Source: Candidatus Tenderia sp. (lineage in GTDB: Bacteria; Pseudomonadota; Gammaproteobacteria; Tenderiales; Tenderiaceae). From it: 64,000 nucleotides of DNA. Numbering within the stretch: the first letter of the stretch is position 1; every line of letters begins with the position of its first letter. The notes beneath the pieces were generated by a model. It saw only the letters and a program-made list of their open reading frames with translations, was not told the DNA's origin and did not search any database. The stretch is from the NCBI GenBank assembly GCA_031416075.1, contig JANOSY010000056.1, forward strand, positions 9,872 to 73,871, read 5' to 3'. Positions 1 to 11,985 of the stretch are shown piece by piece. The translations under genes were made by a program, and so were the position numbers.

Positions 1-1419
<1,419 letters not shown>

Positions 1420-1482
1420 ATTAAGGTGTAGGTAGTATAAAGAGGGGGGCTTTTTTGCCTGATGGTTCTGCTTTTTTAAACG

Positions 1483-4164
1483 TTGGAATGTCACTTGGTT
1501 TTAGAACGCGAAAAGCACAGGATTAATGTTGTGGGCGGTCTCCTTCTAGTTGTTCTGACACTGGTAGCGGGAATATCGGTTTTTGTGGTGATGCAGCGAC
1601 ATGCAGAGGCCTTGCTTGGCAAAGGGCTTGGGGTCTCTCTAGCGGGCAATGTTCGTCTGTTTGAGGTGCGCATTGAGCAGGTGCTGAGTAATGCCCAGTC
1701 CGTTGCGAACCACCCGTTTGTCATTCAGAATCTGCAGCTTATTGAGTCGCAGCCAGGTGGTGAGGTAGATATGCTCGGCCTGCAGAGTGTTGCCGCATCG
1801 TTTCCAGCAACGATTTTTACCGCCCTCTCTTTTTACGATGTTAACGGTCGTGAAGTCGCTCAGGTGGGTGATTTCTCTGACAATTATGTTTTAAATGTCC
1901 CTTTAAATACAAAAAATAGAACCTTTCTGTTGTGGGATGGGCAGTTCTTTTTGCGCACCAGTGCTGACATATTGGATCCGCAAGGGCGGCTTATTGGTAG
2001 TGTCAGTGTGGAAGCCTCAATGCCGGTGATTACAGAAGTTTTTGCTGATATTGCTTCAATCGGCGAAACAGCCGAGTTTGCTGTATGTGTGCAGTTGGCG
2101 GACGATGTTAAAAACATGGACTGTTTTCTGAATAGACTCGCTGGAAAGCTGTTTGAGCGATTCCCCCGTATTGTCGATGGTGCTTCTCTGCCGATGGACC
2201 ACGCCCTGGAAGGGGATGCAGGCGTGATTTTTGCCAGGGATTATCGAAGAGAGAAGGTTGTTGCCGCCTATGCGCCTGTGGGTGATTTTGGGATTGGCAT
2301 GGTGATGAAGGTAGATCAGACAGAGCTGTACCATCCTATAGTGGCACAATTAAAATATATCATTCCGCTGCTGGCTGCGTTGGTGATGGTGGGAATGTTG
2401 TTGCTGCACGTTCTGGTGAGGCCATTGGTGCGTAAGCTGGTGGATTCTGAGCGTGCCATGCGTAAGCTCCATGTGGAGTTGAGTCAGTTTAAAAATACCT
2501 TGGATCAGACACTGGATGGTGTTTTTATGTTTGATCCAAAGACCTTGCGTTTTACCTATGTTAATGAAGGGGCAAGGCAGCAGGTGGGGTATAGCGAAGC
2601 GGAATTGATGCGGATGCTGGTGACCGATATTGGGACTGATTTTACGCTGAAAGGGTTTCAAGAGTTATTACGGACATTGATAGAGGGTGTTCAGCCATCG
2701 CTTACTTTTCAGAGTGTGCATCGTCATAAAAATGGGCATGATATACCCGTTGAGACATTTCTCCAGCTTATTAGCCTAGAGGGGCAGGGGCCCCGTTTTG
2801 TGGCGATGGTGAGTGATATCAGTGAACGTCTGCAAGCAGAGCAGAGAATTGCCCATTTGGCTAACCATGACGCATTGACTAATTTGCCAAATCGCAATCT
2901 GTTACAGGACCGAATTACACAGGCGTTGCTGCAGGCAGCACGTAACAATACGCGCGGAGCGGTGTTGTTTATCGATCTTGATCAATTTAAAACCATCAAT
3001 GATTCGATGGGCCACAGTGTCGGTGACCTTTTGTTAAAAGAGGTAGCACAAAGACTGGTCGCCAATTTGCGTGGTCAGGATACGGTGGCACGTCAGGGAG
3101 GTGATGAATTTATCGTTCTGTTGCCGTCAGTTGCAACTGCTCAGGATGCAGGGGGTATCGCGCAGAAGCTGCTGAGAGATCTGTTTTTACCTTATGAGAT
3201 CAATGGTAAGGAGCTGCACCTCAGTGCCAGTATCGGTATCGCCGTCTTTCCTGACGATGGCGATGAGGCGGATACATTGCTGAAACATAGTGATACGGCG
3301 ATGTACCACGCCAAGGAGGCGGGGCGTAACAATTTCCAGTTTTTTGCGCCACAGATGAACCAGCAGGCCGCAGAAAACCAGATGTTAGGCTCCTGCCTGC
3401 GTTATGCCCTGGAACGTAATGAGCTGCTGCTGCACTACCAGCCCATTGTTGATATGGTGAGTGGAAAGCTGGTTGGTCTGGAGACCTTGATCCGTTGGCA
3501 GCACCCTGAGCAGGGGTTGATACCGCCGCTTAAGTTTATTCCGCTGGCAGAGGATACCGGGTTGATTGTGCCCATTGGTGAGTGGGTGTTGCGAACGGCC
3601 TGTATGCAGTTGAAGTGGTGGCAGGATCAAGGGTATGAGGTGCCGCAGCTGGCGATCAATCTTTCTGTTAAACAGTTCAGACAAAATACCTTGGTAGAAA
3701 GCATTGTGCGCATCCTGGACGAGACTGGTGTAGATGCCCGTTTTGTGGAGCTGGAGATTACCGAAAGTATTCTCATTGATAATTTTGATGAGGTGGTTAG
3801 TATGTTGCGCACGCTCAGTGATATGGGGCTTAAGTTCTCTCTTGACGACTTTGGTACGGGCTACTCCAGTCTGAGTTATCTGAAACGTTTTCCGATTAGC
3901 ACACTGAAAATTGACCGTTCCTTTGTTCATAATATGGTGACTGATGTTGATGACGCCTCGATTGTCTCGGGTATTATCGGGCTGGCCCATAGTCTGCGTA
4001 TGAACGTGATTGCAGAAGGGGTCGAGACAGAGGCGCAACGTACTATTCTGGCTGAACAGGGGTGTGATCAATATCAGGGCTACTACTTTAGTCGGCCGCT
4101 GCCAGTCTCTGACATCACCTTAAAGTTGCAGCGGCGAGAGGTGCCGGAGTCGTTGTCGGAGTAG
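1483..4164 (+). CDS. Membrane-anchored PAS-GGDEF-EAL c-di-GMP enzyme
   Basis: Two TM segments flank a periplasmic sensor. It has a PAS domain, HDALTNLPNR, an RGQD I-site followed by GGDEF, an ETL (EAL) motif and DDFGTGYSSL. The start codon is uncertain. Confidence 0.93.
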   Translation: MECHLVLEREKHRINVVGGLLLVVLTLVAGISVFVVMQRHAEALLGKGLGVSLAGNVRLFEVRIEQVLSNAQSVANHPFVIQNLQLIESQPGGEVDMLGLQSVAASFPATIFTALSFYDVNGREVAQVGDFSDNYVLNVPLNTKNRTFLLWDGQFFLRTSADILDPQGRLIGSVSVEASMPVITEVFADIASIGETAEFAVCVQLADDVKNMDCFLNRLAGKLFERFPRIVDGASLPMDHALEGDAGVIFARDYRREKVVAAYAPVGDFGIGMVMKVDQTELYHPIVAQLKYIIPLLAALVMVGMLLLHVLVRPLVRKLVDSERAMRKLHVELSQFKNTLDQTLDGVFMFDPKTLRFTYVNEGARQQVGYSEAELMRMLVTDIGTDFTLKGFQELLRTLIEGVQPSLTFQSVHRHKNGHDIPVETFLQLISLEGQGPRFVAMVSDISERLQAEQRIAHLANHDALTNLPNRNLLQDRITQALLQAARNNTRGAVLFIDLDQFKTINDSMGHSVGDLLLKEVAQRLVANLRGQDTVARQGGDEFIVLLPSVATAQDAGGIAQKLLRDLFLPYEINGKELHLSASIGIAVFPDDGDEADTLLKHSDTAMYHAKEAGRNNFQFFAPQMNQQAAENQMLGSCLRYALERNELLLHYQPIVDMVSGKLVGLETLIRWQHPEQGLIPPLKFIPLAEDTGLIVPIGEWVLRTACMQLKWWQDQGYEVPQLAINLSVKQFRQNTLVESIVRILDETGVDARFVELEITESILIDNFDEVVSMLRTLSDMGLKFSLDDFGTGYSSLSYLKRFPISTLKIDRSFVHNMVTDVDDASIVSGIIGLAHSLRMNVIAEGVETEAQRTILAEQGCDQYQGYYFSRPLPVSDITLKLQRREVPESLSE

Positions 4165-4499
4165 CTCCTGCTCTGCAGTGCGTACCTTTGTGGTGCGACA
4201 GCCGGTGATAGCGGCTGATTGCTTTTCTGCTGTTTTTTCGTGATATTGAATCCCATAGCGCTTGCTATACCTGCCCGGGGGGCTGTGCTGCCGCATCTCT
4301 TTATTAGTACGGGGGGTGGCGCTGATTTCCTGTTTAGCGCAAAAAAAGGTAAAATCGCCCGCTTGTTTCAGCGGTTTGAAAGCAGACCCCCGGTTTTATA
4401 AAGGTTTGAAGATCGCTGATCTTAGCGTGGTGGCCCGGTAACGGCCCGCGTTGCATCCGCCTGAGAGGCGGAAATTACTATATTGAGGATTGGAGTTCT

Positions 4500-7160
4500 A
4501 TGTCTCAGCTAGCGCAGTTACCCGATATCGACACCGTTGAAACCCAGGAGTGGATTGACGCCCTTGAGGCTGTCATCGAAAAGGAAGGTGTCGAACGCGC
4601 CCACTATCTATTGGAGCAGATGATCGACAAGGCACGCCGCAGTGGCGCCAATCTGCCTTACTCAGCCAATACCGCCTATGTAAATACCATTCCGCCTCAC
4701 CTCGAAGCGCCGATCCCCGGTGATCAGGCGATGGAAGAGCGCATCCGCTCCTTCATCCGCTGGAACGCCATCGCCATGGTGGTGAAGGCCAATCGCAAGG
4801 CATCAGAACTGGGTGGCCATATCGCCACGTTTGCCTCGGCGGCGGTGCTTTATGATGTGGGTTACAACCATTTTTGGCGCGCCCCTTCCCATGAACATGG
4901 CGGTGATCTGATCTACTCCCAGGGTCACGCCTCACCCGGTACCTATGCCCGTGCCTTCCTTGAAGGGCGTCTTACCGAGGAGCAGCTCGATAACTTCCGT
5001 CAGGAGGTGGATGGCAAAGGTTTGTCCTCCTATCCGCACCCCTGGCTGATGCCTGACTTCTGGCAGTTCCCCACTGTATCCATGGGTCTTGGTCCGATCA
5101 TGTCGATCTATCAGGCCCGTTTCATGAAGTACCTGCAGGATCGTGGTCTGGCTGATACCAAAAACCGTAAGGTCTGGGCCTTCCTTGGTGATGGCGAGAC
5201 CGATGAGCCGGAGTCTCTCGGCGCCATCACCTTGGCTTCACGTGAGAAGCTCGACAACCTCATCTGGGTGGTCAATTGCAACCTGCAGCGCCTTGACGGC
5301 CCGGTGCGTGGCAACGGCAAGATCGTGCAGGAGCTGGAGGCGAGCTTCCGTGGCGCTGGCTGGAATGTGATCAAGGTATTGTGGGGCTCTTATTGGGATC
5401 CACTGCTGGCCAAGGATAAAAACGGTCTGTTGCAGAAACGTATGATGGAGTGCGTGGATGGTGACTTCCAGAACTACAAATCCAAAGATGGCGCCTATGT
5501 GCGTGAGCACTTCTTTGGCAAGTATCCAGAGCTGCTGGCGATGGTCTCAAAGATGTCTGACGATGATGTCTGGCGTCTCAATCGTGGCGGTCACGATCCA
5601 CACAAGGTCTACGCCGCCTACAAGGCAGCCGTTGAAAGTGGCCAGCCGAGTGTCGTTCTGGCCCATACCGTAAAAGGGTACGGCATGGGTGCGGCGGGTG
5701 AAGGGCAGAACCGCACCCACTCACAGAAGAAGCTCGGCGATGACGAGATGATCTACGTCCGTGATCGTTTTAATATCCCGATGAGTGATGAAGATGCTGC
5801 CGCCGGGACCTACTACAAACCGGCCGCAGACAGCCCCGAAATGCTTTACATGCACGCCCGTCGCAAGGAGCTGGGCGGTTACCTGCCAGCGCGTTACCAC
5901 AGCGCTGCACCGCTGGAGGTGCCGCCACTGTCGGACTTCGATGTGCTGTTGCAGGGCAGTGGCGACAAAGAGATGTCCACCACCATGGCTTATGTACGTA
6001 TGTTGACGTTGCTTTGTCGTGACAAAAAGATCGGCAAACACATCGTGCCGATCGTGCCTGATGAGGCACGTACCTTCGGTATGGAAGGCATGTTCCGCCA
6101 GCTTGGCATCTACTCATCCGTCGGCCAGCTCTACACGCCGCAGGATAAAGAGGAGATCATGTTCTACAAGGAGGATAAGTCCGGCCAGATCCTCGAAGAG
6201 GGGATCAACGAAGCGGGTTCCATGTCCTCCTGGATTGCGGCGGCGACCTCTTACAGTTCACACGGCGTCAATACCGTTCCTTTCTATATCTATTACTCCA
6301 TGTTTGGTTTCCAGCGCATCGGCGATCTGGCCTGGGCGGCGGGTGACATGCAGGCGCGTGGTTTCCTGATCGGCGCCACTGCCGGTCGTACCACATTGGC
6401 CGGGGAAGGACTGCAACACCAGGATGGCCACGGCCTGATCCTGGCGGGCACCATCCCCAACTGCATCAGCTACGATCCAACCTTTGGTTACGAGTTGGCG
6501 GTGATCGTGCAGGATGGTATGCGTCGCATGTACGAACAGCAGGAGAGTCTCTTCTACTACATCACCACCATGAACGAAAACTATGTTCATCCGGCCATGC
6601 CGAAGGGTGCCGAGCAGGGCATCATCAAGGGCATGTACAAGCTGCGTACTGGCGGTAAAAAGAAAAATAAGGTGCAGCTGCTTGGCTCCGGCACCATCCT
6701 GCGTGAGGTGATGGCCGCGGCCGATCTGCTGCGTGATGAGTGGGATGTCGATGCCGACATCTGGAGCGCCACCAGCATTAACGAACTGACCCGTGAGGCG
6801 CAGGATTGTGATCGCTGGAACCGCTTGCACCCGGCAGAAACAGCAAAAGTGCCCTACGTCGCGCACTGTTTTGATGGCGTGAAAGGGCCGTTTATCGCCG
6901 CCACCGACTACATTCGCAACTACGCCGAGCAGCTCCGCAAGTGGGTTCCCGGCCGTTACGAAGTGCTCGGTACCGATGGTTTTGGTCGCAGTGATACCCG
7001 TGCCCAGCTGCGCAAACACTTTGAGGTGAACAGCTACCACGTGGTGGTGGCTGCCCTTAAGGCGCTGGCTGATGAAGGTCAGCTGCCTGCTGCCAAGGTG
7101 ACTGAGGCGATTGCCAAATACGGCATCGATGCAGAAAAAATTAATCCGTTGTTTGCGTAA
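4500..7160 (+). CDS. aceE: Pyruvate dehydrogenase E1 (homodimeric type)
   Basis: Motifs GGHIATFAS, SSYPHPWLMP, the TPP motif GDGETDEPES...NCNLQRLDGP, and GEGLQHQDG. Confidence 0.98.
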   Translation: MSQLAQLPDIDTVETQEWIDALEAVIEKEGVERAHYLLEQMIDKARRSGANLPYSANTAYVNTIPPHLEAPIPGDQAMEERIRSFIRWNAIAMVVKANRKASELGGHIATFASAAVLYDVGYNHFWRAPSHEHGGDLIYSQGHASPGTYARAFLEGRLTEEQLDNFRQEVDGKGLSSYPHPWLMPDFWQFPTVSMGLGPIMSIYQARFMKYLQDRGLADTKNRKVWAFLGDGETDEPESLGAITLASREKLDNLIWVVNCNLQRLDGPVRGNGKIVQELEASFRGAGWNVIKVLWGSYWDPLLAKDKNGLLQKRMMECVDGDFQNYKSKDGAYVREHFFGKYPELLAMVSKMSDDDVWRLNRGGHDPHKVYAAYKAAVESGQPSVVLAHTVKGYGMGAAGEGQNRTHSQKKLGDDEMIYVRDRFNIPMSDEDAAAGTYYKPAADSPEMLYMHARRKELGGYLPARYHSAAPLEVPPLSDFDVLLQGSGDKEMSTTMAYVRMLTLLCRDKKIGKHIVPIVPDEARTFGMEGMFRQLGIYSSVGQLYTPQDKEEIMFYKEDKSGQILEEGINEAGSMSSWIAAATSYSSHGVNTVPFYIYYSMFGFQRIGDLAWAAGDMQARGFLIGATAGRTTLAGEGLQHQDGHGLILAGTIPNCISYDPTFGYELAVIVQDGMRRMYEQQESLFYYITTMNENYVHPAMPKGAEQGIIKGMYKLRTGGKKKNKVQLLGSGTILREVMAAADLLRDEWDVDADIWSATSINELTREAQDCDRWNRLHPAETAKVPYVAHCFDGVKGPFIAATDYIRNYAEQLRKWVPGRYEVLGTDGFGRSDTRAQLRKHFEVNSYHVVVAALKALADEGQLPAAKVTEAIAKYGIDAEKINPLFA

Positions 7161-7178
7161 TCAGGGGCGAGAATAGAG

Positions 7179-8471
7179 ATGGCAAAAGAGATATTTGTAC
7201 CTGATATTGGCGACTTCAAAGAAGTTGAAGTGATCGAACTGCTGGTCGGCGTGGGGGATACCATCCAGGCCGACCAGTCACTGATCTCGGTCGAGTCTGA
7301 CAAGGCGGCGATGGAGATCCCGGCCCCCGAGGCGGGTGTGGTCAAAGAGCTGAAGATCAAGATGGGCGATCGCATCTCTAAAGGTTCGCTGATCCTGTTG
7401 CTGGAGCCTGCTGCCAGCGAGGAGAGTGCTGTTCCGGTTTCCCAGGCACCCGCGCCAAAGGTTGAAGCAGCGCCTGCTGCGGCAGCGGTACCGGCACCAG
7501 CCAAACCTGCCGCGCCTGTTGCAGCAGCCCCCGTGCGTCAATCCCCTACCGCTCAGATCGACGAGACCGGTTTTGCCAAGGCCTATGCCAGCCCCTCGGT
7601 ACGCAAGTTTGCCCGCGAACTGGGGGTTGATCTCGGCAAGGTCGATGGCACTGGTCGCAAAGGTCGTATCACCCATGAAGATGTGCAGAACTTCGTCAAA
7701 CGTGTCCTCAGTCAGCCCGCCGCGGCGGGTGGTCTGGGTGTGGCGCCGATGCCCGATATCGACTTCAGCCAGTGGGGCGCTGTTGAAAGCAAGCCACTCA
7801 CCAAGATCAACAAGCTCACCGGCCAGTTCCTCCACCGCAACTGGGTCACCGTTCCCCACGTCACCCAGTTCGACGAATCCGACATCACCGACATGGAGAG
7901 CTTCCGCAAGGAGATGGCCGAAGAGTACAAGGCCAAGGGGATCAAGATCACCCCGCTGGTATTTATGATGAAGGCGGTGGTCTCGGCAATGAAGCAGTAC
8001 CCACGTTTCAACTCATCACTCGATGCGACGGGTGAAAATCTGATCATGAAGAGCTACTTCAACATCGGTATCGCGGTGGATACGGCGGACGGCCTGGTCG
8101 TGCCGGTGGTGCGCGATGTCGATCGCAAGACGCTGGTGGATCTGGCGGTGGAGTTGGGTGAGATCAGCGCCAAGGCCCGTGACAAAAAACTCAAACCCGG
8201 CGACATGCAGGGTGGTTGCCTGACCATCTCCAGCCTCGGCGGCATTGGTGGCACCAAGTTCACGCCGATTGTGAACGCGCCGGAAGTGGCGATTCTCGGC
8301 GTCTCGCGCGCCAAGATGCAGCCGGTCTGGAACGGCAAGGAGTTTGAACCACGCCTGATGTTGCCGCTGTCACTCTCTTACGATCATCGTGTGATCGATG
8401 GTGCCGACGGCGCCCGCTTCACCTCGTTCCTCAGCCGCGTCTTGTCTGATACACGTCGTCTGCTGCTGTAA
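7179..8471 (+). CDS. aceF: Dihydrolipoamide acetyltransferase E2 (single lipoyl domain)
   Basis: Lipoyl motif [11 protein letters not shown], Ala/Pro linker, E3-binding [13 protein letters not shown] and catalytic DHRVIDGA. Confidence 0.97.
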   Translation: MAKEIFVPDIGDFKEVEVIELLVGVGDTIQADQSLISVESDKAAMEIPAPEAGVVKELKIKMGDRISKGSLILLLEPAASEESAVPVSQAPAPKVEAAPAAAAVPAPAKPAAPVAAAPVRQSPTAQIDETGFAKAYASPSVRKFARELGVDLGKVDGTGRKGRITHEDVQNFVKRVLSQPAAAGGLGVAPMPDIDFSQWGAVESKPLTKINKLTGQFLHRNWVTVPHVTQFDESDITDMESFRKEMAEEYKAKGIKITPLVFMMKAVVSAMKQYPRFNSSLDATGENLIMKSYFNIGIAVDTADGLVVPVVRDVDRKTLVDLAVELGEISAKARDKKLKPGDMQGGCLTISSLGGIGGTKFTPIVNAPEVAILGVSRAKMQPVWNGKEFEPRLMLPLSLSYDHRVIDGADGARFTSFLSRVLSDTRRLLL

Positions 8472-8473
8472 TT

Positions 8474-8528
8474 TGTAGTCTGGAGAGCCTGCTCAAAGCA
8501 CTTCGTGGGGCAGGCTCTCCAAGCTAGA
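8474..8528. repeat. Long imperfect inverted repeat (REP-like hairpin) after aceF
   Basis: TGTAGTCTGGAGAGCCTGC...GCAGGCTCTCCAAGCTAGA, with a 12-bp perfect core at 8481-8492 and 8510-8521. Confidence 0.7.
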
Positions 8529-8562
8529 CGACTGATGTAAGTGGCCAGATAGGGAGCACTGT

Positions 8563-9021
8563 ATGCCCGAGTTAGAAAAAAAATACCAGAGCCTCGTCGC
8601 ACAAGGTTGGAGTGGTATGTTGTTCCTGCTGCTCACAATGTTCATCACTGATTTAGTGGAGTTTTCACTGCCGGGGGATTTTAAAGCGCTCTCTACGCAG
8701 CTCTCCCTCGATCCCGGCATGGTGGGGTTGTGGGTATTGGCCGGAATCATCTGCCTCAATGTTGTTGGGCAGATGGCGATACGTGCCGTCTATAAACGCG
8801 TCTGCCGCTGGTGGGTTTTTGGCGTCACTGTTGCCTATGTCGCCTTTTTTCTGCTCCACCAGATTGTTCACCTGCTGAATGGTGAAGGCTTTGATATCCA
8901 CTTTATTTTGGACGCCACTCACCATGTCGTCGGATTTTGGGCGATCTGGGCGGCCTACCGTTGGGCAAAATCGGCGACGCGTGACCATGACGACTCGCCC
9001 GCGCCGCTACTCTTTAATTAA
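8563..9021 (+). CDS. Hypothetical membrane protein (about 4 TM) inside the PDH operon
   Basis: GGGAG RBS upstream. The 152-aa product has four hydrophobic segments and His clusters (HQIVH, HFILDATHH). Confidence 0.75.
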   Translation: MPELEKKYQSLVAQGWSGMLFLLLTMFITDLVEFSLPGDFKALSTQLSLDPGMVGLWVLAGIICLNVVGQMAIRAVYKRVCRWWVFGVTVAYVAFFLLHQIVHLLNGEGFDIHFILDATHHVVGFWAIWAAYRWAKSATRDHDDSPAPLLFN

Positions 9022-9056
9022 AAATAAGACAAATTCGAGAACCAAAGGGATAAGCC

Positions 9057-10805
9057 ATGAGTAATATCGTTGAGATCAAGGTACCGGACATTGGCGACTT
9101 CAAAGAGGTTGAGGTCATCGAGATACTGGTTGGTGTTGGTGACACCATCAAGCCTGAACAGTCATTGATCTCGGTCGAGTCTGACAAGGCCGCTATGGAG
9201 ATCCCCGCGCCGCAGGGTGGTGTGGTGAAAGAGCTATTGCTCAAGATCGGTGACAAGGTCTCTCTCGGTAGCACCATTCTCAAGCTTGAAATGGAAGAGG
9301 CTGTGGCCGCAGCACCTGCACCTATTGCAGAAAAACCTGGGGTTGCTTCAGCGCCAGTCGCCACAGCACCGCAGTCCGTCAGCTATAGCGGCAGTGTTGA
9401 TCTTCAGGCTGAAATCGTTGTGCTCGGCTCCGGCCCTGGCGGTTACACAGCCGCTTTTCGCGCCGCCGACCTTGGTAAAAAGGTTGTCTTGATAGAACGT
9501 TACGACATCATTGGTGGTGTCTGTCTCAACGTTGGTTGCATCCCCTCCAAGGCGCTGCTGCACACCGCACAGGTGATCAACGAAGCGGCGGAGTTTCATG
9601 AGATTGGTGTTGAGTTCAATAAACCAAAGATCGACATCGACAAACTGCGCACTCATAAAAACAGCGTCATCAGCAAACTCACCGGCGGCCTCAAGCAGCT
9701 GGCCAAGCAGCGCAAGGTTGAAATCGTGCACGGCTACGGCAAGTTCATCTCGCCCAACACCATCGAAGTGGTGGCCAGCGATGGCAGCAAGAAGGTCGTA
9801 GGTTTTGAAAACTGCATCATCGCCGCCGGTTCACGTGTCACCAAACTGCCGTTTATCCCTTGGGCCGATTCACGTGTTATGGACTCTACCGATGCGCTTG
9901 AAATTGAAGAGGTGCCAAAACGACTGTTGGTGGTCGGCGGCGGCATCATCGGTCTGGAGATGGCGACGGTTTACGATGCACTCGGCGCCAAGGTTACCGT
10001 GGTGGAACTCTCGCCGGGTTTAATCCCCGGTGTTGATCGTGACATCGTGCGGCCACTCGAACGGCGCATTAAAAAGCGTTACGAAAATATCTACCTCAAT
10101 ACTAAAGTGACTGCCATCGAACCGACGGACAAAGGTTTGGTCTGTTCGTTTGAAGGCAAGGGTGCACCGGCGACGGATACTTTTGATCGTGTGCTGGTCT
10201 CCATTGGCCGTACCCCCAACGGCAAGTTGATCGATGCAGATAAAGCGGGCGTTACCGTAAACGAGGCGGGCTTTATCCCGGTTGATAAGCAGATGCGCAC
10301 TAACGTGCCGCACATCTTTGCCATCGGTGACGTTGTTGGCCAGCCGATGCTCGCCCACAAAGCAACACATGAAGGCCGAACTGCGGCTGAAGTGATTGCC
10401 GGCATGAACTCATTTTTTGACGCTCGCACCATTCCCGCTGTTGCCTACACCGATCCAGAAGTGGCGTGGATGGGTAAAACTGAAGAGCAGTGCAAGGCCG
10501 AAGGTATTGAATATACCAAAGGTGTATTCCCTTGGGCCGCCTCTGGCCGTTCACTCTCCATTGGCCGTGATGAAGGCATGACCAAAGTTCTTTTTGGCGC
10601 TGATCATAAAATTATTGGTGCCGCGATTGTCGGTACCAACGCCGGAGAGTTGATTGCTGAAGCAGTGTTGGCGTTAGAGATGGGAGCCGATGCCCATGAT
10701 ATTGGTATGGCCATTCATCCGCATCCAACGTTGTCAGAGACGTTAAACTTTGCTGCCGAGGTGGCGCTGGGGAGCTGTACGGATATTTACGCGCCAAAAA
10801 AATAG
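9057..10805 (+). CDS. lpdA: Dihydrolipoamide dehydrogenase E3 with N-terminal lipoyl domain
   Basis: Lipoyl motif [14 protein letters not shown] motif GSGPGGY, redox motif [14 protein letters not shown] and HPHPTLSE. Confidence 0.97.
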   Translation: MSNIVEIKVPDIGDFKEVEVIEILVGVGDTIKPEQSLISVESDKAAMEIPAPQGGVVKELLLKIGDKVSLGSTILKLEMEEAVAAAPAPIAEKPGVASAPVATAPQSVSYSGSVDLQAEIVVLGSGPGGYTAAFRAADLGKKVVLIERYDIIGGVCLNVGCIPSKALLHTAQVINEAAEFHEIGVEFNKPKIDIDKLRTHKNSVISKLTGGLKQLAKQRKVEIVHGYGKFISPNTIEVVASDGSKKVVGFENCIIAAGSRVTKLPFIPWADSRVMDSTDALEIEEVPKRLLVVGGGIIGLEMATVYDALGAKVTVVELSPGLIPGVDRDIVRPLERRIKKRYENIYLNTKVTAIEPTDKGLVCSFEGKGAPATDTFDRVLVSIGRTPNGKLIDADKAGVTVNEAGFIPVDKQMRTNVPHIFAIGDVVGQPMLAHKATHEGRTAAEVIAGMNSFFDARTIPAVAYTDPEVAWMGKTEEQCKAEGIEYTKGVFPWAASGRSLSIGRDEGMTKVLFGADHKIIGAAIVGTNAGELIAEAVLALEMGADAHDIGMAIHPHPTLSETLNFAAEVALGSCTDIYAPKK

Positions 10806-10825
10806 TGGCGGTAGGTTATATATTT

Positions 10826-10857
10826 AAAAGTCCCAGCCATGTGTTGGGATTTTTTTT
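10826..10857 (+). terminator. Intrinsic terminator after lpdA
   Basis: AAAAGTCCCAGC-catgt-GTTGGGAT followed by a T run. Confidence 0.8.
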
Positions 10858-11033
10858 GTCGAAAAAAATATTGGCTATAAAGTAATATGTAGCTTGTGTC
10901 GATAAGCTAAGTTGTTTTGTTTTTTTAGGGGGTGTCATGGATGGTACAACTAACGGATGGTAAGTCGCAAAAAGCTGGGGCAGGGTTGTACATCCTAAGA
11001 CATTATATTTTAGTCTAAGTAAAGGGAAGAACT

Positions 11034-11879
11034 GTGATGAATGTTGTGAGTAATGTATTGAAAAAATCCGAAAAAATCAGATTACTAGCGCCGGCACTTT
11101 TGGCAGCCACACTGTTTGTATTTTGGTCTCCGGCGCAGGCGTTGCCATTTACAACTGATATCACGATTACCGGGATGTCAGATTTTAGTGATAACCACGC
11201 CTCCGAAGGTGGTTTTACCCAGCTGGGAAGTTATTCGGTAACGCAAGGGGGAGTGACGACAACCAATACAGTTAATGGTACGACAGTAACAGGCGGCCGT
11301 CCTCTGAATGCGGCGTTGACTCAGACAGGTGATGGTTTTGGGATCTCTGCTGATGTGAGTGGTACCAGCACTGGGGTAGGTAGTGAGTTCCCTATGAATA
11401 TTGAATTCTCTATTTTTAACAGTGCAGTATCAGCTATTTATCAATTGACGTTGCAGTTTGATTATAGCCATACCGTTAATGTTAATGGTGGTAATGCATA
11501 TGCCTTCAGTGAGTTTTTATTGACTGATACCACGAATAATCTGGATGTAATGATGCGTAACGTTCTGTCGGATACTTTTTTTGGGGATCATAAAAATGGC
11601 TCTAATCCTGGAACGTTTGGTGATGTGGTGGCGGATGGAGGAACACTATTTCTTGATCTGATTCTTAGACCTGGGGAGCTGATTGAGTTTTTTGCTCAGT
11701 ATGATATGAGTCTGGGTGTTATTTCTGACCCCAGCTCTGCTGTGGGGAGTTTTTCCGGATTTCTCAGTGTTGCCAATGTTGTGCAGGTTGAGACAGGTGC
11801 CATCCCTATACCAGCAACACTGTTTTTGTTGTTGATGGGTGGTTTGGGGTTGGTAGTCCGTCGTCCTGAACGGATCTGA
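11034..11879 (+). CDS. PEP-CTERM-like (exosortase-sorted) surface protein
   Basis: Signal peptide ending PAQA, a Thr/Gly/Ser-rich body, and a C-terminal IPIPA + hydrophobic helix + RR. Confidence 0.82.
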   Translation: MMNVVSNVLKKSEKIRLLAPALLAATLFVFWSPAQALPFTTDITITGMSDFSDNHASEGGFTQLGSYSVTQGGVTTTNTVNGTTVTGGRPLNAALTQTGDGFGISADVSGTSTGVGSEFPMNIEFSIFNSAVSAIYQLTLQFDYSHTVNVNGGNAYAFSEFLLTDTTNNLDVMMRNVLSDTFFGDHKNGSNPGTFGDVVADGGTLFLDLILRPGELIEFFAQYDMSLGVISDPSSAVGSFSGFLSVANVVQVETGAIPIPATLFLLLMGGLGLVVRRPERI

Positions 11880-11900
11880 TCAGTTTTACTAGGGTGTTAT

Positions 11901-11928
11901 AAAAAGCTCGGCACTGCCGGGCTTTTTT
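11901..11928 (+). terminator. Intrinsic (possibly bidirectional) terminator
   Basis: AAAAAGCTCGGCA-c-TGCCGGGCTTTTTT. Confidence 0.85.
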
Positions 11929-11985
11929 GTATATAAAATATGCGCAGAGAAATATGGGCACGGTGTATTTAGGCGGAGTGATTTT

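Noticed and set aside
4219-4401. 60-aa + strand ORF before aceE
   Set aside because: It has a TTG start, no RBS or motif, and overlaps the likely aceE promoter.
6258-7859. Long antisense ORFs (260 and 193 aa) within aceE/aceF, and similar ones elsewhere
   Set aside because: These are shadow frames produced by strong codon bias in the sense genes, with no recognisable motifs.
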